Source of the DNA: Nanobdellota archaeon
GTDB taxonomy: Archaea > Nanobdellota > Nanobdellia > Woesearchaeales > JAHJEM01
Direction of reading: 5' to 3'
Length of the DNA: 58,011 nucleotides
Assembly: GCA_018825425.1 (NCBI GenBank)
Contig: JAHJEM010000063.1
Location: 1 to 58,011, forward strand
Below, piece by piece: positions 53,596-58,011 of the stretch; within the stretch, counting starts at the first letter, position 1, and every line of letters starts with the position of its first letter. Both the position numbers and the translations under genes were made by a program. Under the pieces are notes generated by a model, which saw only the letters and a program-made list of their open reading frames with translations, was not told the origin of the DNA and did not search any database.

Positions 53596-53973
53596 ATGAC
53601 TCCAATTGAGATATTAGCATTGATATTGATCATAATATCTGTGATCAAGATAATATTTGTAATGGCTAACCCAAAGGCATGGATGAAGAATGCTATGGGC
53701 ATGTATAAACAGCCAATAGCTGTAATGATTGTTTCATTGGTACTCTCAGCTCTTGTGTTAAGATACTTGCTGGTTGAGTTGACCATAGTCCAGATCTTTG
53801 CAGTACTATTGTTCTTGCTGTTAATGATTAATGTTACAGTTGCAGGCTTTGGCAAGGAGATTACAGAGTTTGCAGAAAAGATTATGAAGACCAATATATT
53901 CAAGAAGTGTTGGCTTGGAATAATAGTCTGGATTGTGCTAATAATCTGGGCATTGTATGTATTGTTTGTTTAA
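53596..53973 (+). CDS. small multi-pass membrane protein
   Basis: 125 aa with about 4 hydrophobic helices. GAGGTGG SD 6 nt upstream. Confidence 0.6.
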   Translation: MTPIEILALILIIISVIKIIFVMANPKAWMKNAMGMYKQPIAVMIVSLVLSALVLRYLLVELTIVQIFAVLLFLLLMINVTVAGFGKEITEFAEKIMKTNIFKKCWLGIIVWIVLIIWALYVLFV

Positions 53974-54067
53974 TTACCTAAGAACTCCTGGATGCGTCCA
54001 GCGAGTTCATTATATTCTTTGCTAATCACATTTTTTACTCATGAACTTAAGAAAAAGATTCAATTAG

Positions 54068-54667
54068 TTAGGACTTATGATGCAAGCATATCAATATATC
54101 ATTGTCAACATCAATAACAGGATAATTGAAATCTGCCTTTTGAATCTCAATTTTTGCAGCAATTGGTACTGGTTCATCAGTAACGTGTTGCCAAGAACCA
54201 GCAGGGGTGTTGGTGAAATTATTTGTTGTCGAAACAACATAGACCGTGCCTGTATCTCTGATTGTCTGATCATGCACTCCATGTATCTTTACGCTGAAAG
54301 GATTTGCAGGAATTGAAAAAATAGGATATTCTGAAGTAAAGCTAAAACTACCCGGAGAATAAATCATTTTGGGAACCCTGATAAAATACGGATAGACTAA
54401 ACCATCCCCTGTAAGATCTCGATTTGATATGATCGCCTTCATAATTGCAATGGATGCCTTACCAGATACATAGATTCTATCTCCTCTTAAATGAGTATCA
54501 TCTAAATTGTCAACAGACCCACGAAGAAGGACACCATATTGTTGAACAAGATGGTCAAGAAATTGTTCAGTTGAATAGTCTGGCAATTTAAGCAAATCAG
54601 ACCTTGTAACAACTGATATTCCTGGTTGCATTATCTCCTTTTCATTCACAAAATCATCTATGTTCAT
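54068..54667 (-). CDS. hypothetical protein
   Basis: 199-aa ORF. No motif recognised. Confidence 0.5.
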   Translation of the reverse strand: MNIDDFVNEKEIMQPGISVVTRSDLLKLPDYSTEQFLDHLVQQYGVLLRGSVDNLDDTHLRGDRIYVSGKASIAIMKAIISNRDLTGDGLVYPYFIRVPKMIYSPGSFSFTSEYPIFSIPANPFSVKIHGVHDQTIRDTGTVYVVSTTNNFTNTPAGSWQHVTDEPVPIAAKIEIQKADFNYPVIDVDNDILICLHHKS

Positions 54668-54809
54668 AAGAAGAGGTAATGCAGACTTTTTTATAAACCT
54701 AATGTCTTTTTTGATGAGCCATCACACGCACGGAAAGTCATAATAAATGCTGTCATAGGGACAATTCTAATAAAACTTTTTAAATCCTCCTCAAATAATA
54801 ATCATAATT

Positions 54810-56009
54810 ATGAGATTTAATGAAACATCCAAACTTGCATTGATGAATTTCTTACTTCATCTTGCTTTCTTAAGTCCAGTTATTACCTTTTTTTTCAGGG
54901 AAAAGGGTCTAAATTACTTCCAAATCCTCAGCCTAGAATCCATTCTTATGCTCTTCATACTATTTTTTGAGTTGCCAACAGGAATTATTGGTGATATTAT
55001 TGGACGGAAATGGGCAATACTTATTGGAGGAGTATTCATTGCATTGGAACCTGTAATCTTTCTATTTTCAAGCAACTTTTTGCTATTTGCATTATCATTT
55101 GGTCTAGCAGGAATTGGCATTTCCTTTCTTTCAGGCACTGTCGAGGCACATATTTATGACACTTTGAAGAAGAAAAGGGCAGAAAATGCAATGAAAAAAG
55201 CCATGGGTACGTATGGGGCTGCTGCGCTCTTAGCAATGATTATCGCCCCTGCTATTGGCAGTTATTTGGCAAAAGAGCTAATTATGCCTCAATTCAATAT
55301 CTTGATCATACTAACCATATTTGCTAACGCACTAGGTGTTATCATAATTCTATTTCTTAAAGAGAAAAAAAACAAACAATCCAACAAACACAGTCATAAG
55401 ATGTTGCTAAAATCAAGTTTTAACACGATTAGAAATAACAATAATTTGAAGAGAATAATTCTTTTAAGTATTTTTTCCAGTCCATTTATGTTCACTTTAA
55501 ACTATTTATATCAACCGTATTTTAAAACTTCAGGTGTGAACATTAGCTTATTTGGAATAATATTTGGAGTTTCACTGCTACTTGCAGCAGTTATTCAGAA
55601 ATATGCTTACAAATTGGAAGAAAAGATTGGAATGAAAAAATCAATATTTATTGCTACAATCGCACCAGGTATATTGTATGTGATAATGGCAATCTCAATT
55701 TCGCCCTTTGGAGCAATTCTACTTTTTATTCTATTAAGGGGGCTTATGGGACTATCAGAACCTCTATTTGCAGACTATAAAAATGCACACATCCCAAGTA
55801 ACTGCCGAGCAACAGTACTTTCAATGATCTCCATGTTTGCAAGTGTCTATTTGCTAATAATGCGACTAATTATAGGTAAGCTTGCAGATATTAATTTGAG
55901 TTACGCGTTTATTCTAATTGGTACAATCATTGTATTGTCTTCTTTTGTGTTTCGTTTGAATGAGAGTCATATTACTATAAAAAAAATCAATATTAAAAAA
56001 TCAAGTTAA
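54810..56009 (+). CDS. MFS transporter
   Basis: About 12 TM helices. GDIIGRKWA loop motif between TM2 and TM3. Confidence 0.8.
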   Translation: MRFNETSKLALMNFLLHLAFLSPVITFFFREKGLNYFQILSLESILMLFILFFELPTGIIGDIIGRKWAILIGGVFIALEPVIFLFSSNFLLFALSFGLAGIGISFLSGTVEAHIYDTLKKKRAENAMKKAMGTYGAAALLAMIIAPAIGSYLAKELIMPQFNILIILTIFANALGVIIILFLKEKKNKQSNKHSHKMLLKSSFNTIRNNNNLKRIILLSIFSSPFMFTLNYLYQPYFKTSGVNISLFGIIFGVSLLLAAVIQKYAYKLEEKIGMKKSIFIATIAPGILYVIMAISISPFGAILLFILLRGLMGLSEPLFADYKNAHIPSNCRATVLSMISMFASVYLLIMRLIIGKLADINLSYAFILIGTIIVLSSFVFRLNESHITIKKINIKKSS

Positions 56010-56025
56010 TCCACTGGGTTTGATA

Positions 56026-57345
56026 TTACTTAAGAAGTCTACAAGTAATATCTTTAGCTCGGTCATATGAACCAAAAAGAACTGTGCTTTTTAACTCATT
56101 TGGATTTGCTCTAACATTTCCTAATGCATGCTCCCTTTCCAACTGAAGCCACCAAACGTAACGCAAAGCGAAATCCCACTTATTCTCTCGAATACCATAT
56201 CTTTCAAAAATCTTCTCACCTAAAAATGTTCCGGGATATGGTCTTATTGGCTTAGGATCCCATTCTTCAACAGGACGCTCTGGCAAACCTAAAATCTCAG
56301 CATACTCAGGAGCATAGAAATTAATCCTAAATTCATTAACAACAGGGATAAGTTCATGACTTACATTAAGAATTCTCTCAAGCTTCCCATAATCCACATT
56401 CTTCTTTATGTTCTCTGCCACCCGCTCATCCTGGACCTCCACACCATATTCAATATAAATACAACCACTATCTGCCATAAGCCGGACCAGGTCCTCAGTC
56501 ATTAAGTCTGGTCTGGACTGATTTCCAAAAGCTATACCTTTTGACCTTAATAAATCAAGCAGACCTTTCAAATTGGCCGAAGGCATATTAAATATTTCAT
56601 CAATAAAATATACATATGTACCTCCATTATCTGATATATAATCTAATTCCATTTCCATCTGATTTAGGGTCTTAGTCCTGAATTCATCTCTAAATCCTTC
56701 CTTAAAACAGTAAACACATGAATACGGACAACCTCTTGAATATTCAAGAACTAGATTGATTTTGGCATCTCCTAGCAGATGCTTTTGGAGTTCTGGAAGC
56801 CAAGCATGTGCCTCATATAAACTAATGTCAAATTTGTCAAAAGCAGGCATCGGCAATTTAGTTAAATCTACAGGACCAGGATTTGGATATGTGCTCCTGA
56901 TTAATCCACTACTAACAATCTCAACAAATGCCAAATCAGGTTCGCCTTGAACAATAGTATCTGCTCCAGTTTGACTATGTGTCCAAAAAGAATCATTTGT
57001 ACCATGAGGTCCAATTACTCCTATTTTGGTGTCAATGCTTGATCTGACTGCAGAAGACAACTCTGAAGGAACAGATAAGTCCAAAGGAGGACATCTCCAA
57101 AACAGGTAAGTAGGCGCAGTATCAATTACTACCAAATCTGGTTTGATTGTATCAAGCTGCCTTACGATTTGTGATTTGGTCAGGTTTTGTGCATATGCAT
57201 CAATAACAGCTACGTCACAATGATCCTCAATAGACGCAGCTACATATGCAAGTTCCAAAGGAACTGATTTTGGAACAATTAATGATGCTGTTGTGTGTGG
57301 AACATTGTGTTCCTGCCAGTTTGGATTAATCAATACAACTTTCAT
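56026..57345 (-). CDS. B12-binding-domain radical SAM enzyme
   Basis: N-terminal Rossmann-like B12-type domain (KVVLINP...DLVVID) and radical SAM cluster motif YSRGCPYSCVYC. Confidence 0.8.
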   Translation of the reverse strand: MKVVLINPNWQEHNVPHTTASLIVPKSVPLELAYVAASIEDHCDVAVIDAYAQNLTKSQIVRQLDTIKPDLVVIDTAPTYLFWRCPPLDLSVPSELSSAVRSSIDTKIGVIGPHGTNDSFWTHSQTGADTIVQGEPDLAFVEIVSSGLIRSTYPNPGPVDLTKLPMPAFDKFDISLYEAHAWLPELQKHLLGDAKINLVLEYSRGCPYSCVYCFKEGFRDEFRTKTLNQMEMELDYISDNGGTYVYFIDEIFNMPSANLKGLLDLLRSKGIAFGNQSRPDLMTEDLVRLMADSGCIYIEYGVEVQDERVAENIKKNVDYGKLERILNVSHELIPVVNEFRINFYAPEYAEILGLPERPVEEWDPKPIRPYPGTFLGEKIFERYGIRENKWDFALRYVWWLQLEREHALGNVRANPNELKSTVLFGSYDRAKDITCRLLK

Positions 57346-58011
57346 TTTTTTGAGACAAGAAAATTACCTATAGCCAAATAGTCTAGGCCGCATGAAAAGA
57401 AGGTCCGAATTGCATCTCGAGGAGTACATACAATAGGTTCACCTTTAATATTGTATGATGTGTTAATAACTACAGGCACACCTGTTTTTGCTTCAAATGC
57501 CTTGATCATATTCCAATATCTTGGGTTTGCATCTTTTGCAACAGTTTGTGCTCTGACTGTACCATCAACGTGGAGTACTCCAGGAATTTTTGGTTGAGCA
57601 TTTGTCGGGACATCAAAACTTAATATCATATAAGGAGAATCTGCAGCGCCCACCAAGTAATCCTCTTTGGCTTCTTGTAGAATACTGGGTGCAAATGGCC
57701 TCCAGGCCTCTCTAAATTTTACATATTGGTTTACTCTATCTTTTGCATCAGGATTGATCGGATTCGCTAGTATCGTGCGATTTCCCAGTGCTCGTGGTCC
57801 AACTTCCATTCTTCCCTGGAACCAACCAACAAGATTTTCCTGGGCCAATAGACCCGCAACCCTTTCTTCAATATTTGCAGTTTCAGAATAGCTAAGTTTG
57901 TACTCTTCAAGTACAGCACGAATTTCGTCTTCTGAATAACCAGGACCCAAATACACGTGGGAAAAAACACCTTTCCAATCGTGACTAAGATTAATTGCAG
58001 CACCTAGTGCA
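57342..58011 (-). CDS. carbamoyltransferase (NodU/CmcH family), C-terminal part; 5' end outside the window
   Basis: GPRALGNRTILANP, FREAWRPFAPS, HVDGTVRAQTV, VVINTSYNIKGEPIV. The frame stays open upstream of the track's GTG 57956 (..ALGAAINLSHDWKGVFSHV-YLGPG) to the window edge. ATGA overlap with the radical SAM gene. Confidence 0.85.
   Translation of the reverse strand, partial: ALGAAINLSHDWKGVFSHVYLGPGYSEDEIRAVLEEYKLSYSETANIEERVAGLLAQENLVGWFQGRMEVGPRALGNRTILANPINPDAKDRVNQYVKFREAWRPFAPSILQEAKEDYLVGAADSPYMILSFDVPTNAQPKIPGVLHVDGTVRAQTVAKDANPRYWNMIKAFEAKTGVPVVINTSYNIKGEPIVCTPRDAIRTFFSCGLDYLAIGNFLVSKK

Overview
AT-rich, very tightly packed archaeal chromosome segment. It carries the archaeal RNA polymerase operon (rpoH, split rpoB''/B', split rpoA'/A'', eL30, KH-type NusA), eS19/eL39/eL31 and aEF-1beta. 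The tiny genes, intron-rich tRNAs, acquired bacterial-type genes and many secreted repeat proteins suggest a DPANN-like lineage, but that placement is inference. Housekeeping content: thrS, serS, an hsp20-grpE-dnaK-dnaJ locus with three inserted genes, ppdK, scpA, a CoaD-CoaE fusion, a gpsA-like gene, two toxin-antitoxin-like pairs, transporters and methyltransferases. I saw no rRNA, CRISPR array, transposase or integrase. Most interesting: (1) adjacent tRNA-Asp and tRNA-Lys genes that each need three excisions (D-loop, 37/38, T-loop) to fold, and all four tRNA genes in the window are interrupted; (2) a four-gene overlapping operon (10077-16531) of a TPR membrane anchor plus three secreted proteins, one with seven ~92-aa repeats and one with a C-terminal region resembling an amphipathic beta-barrel. 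This is my best candidate for an undescribed cell-surface or host-contact system; (3) an otherwise intact archaeal D-aminoacyl-tRNA deacylase gene interrupted by a single in-frame TAG; (4) an orphan cassette at 47.2-49.1 kb preceded by a structured intergenic region. Two real small genes missing from the ORF track (Zn-ribbon protein, eL39) were found by hand. All protein calls rest on motifs recalled from memory; no database search was possible.
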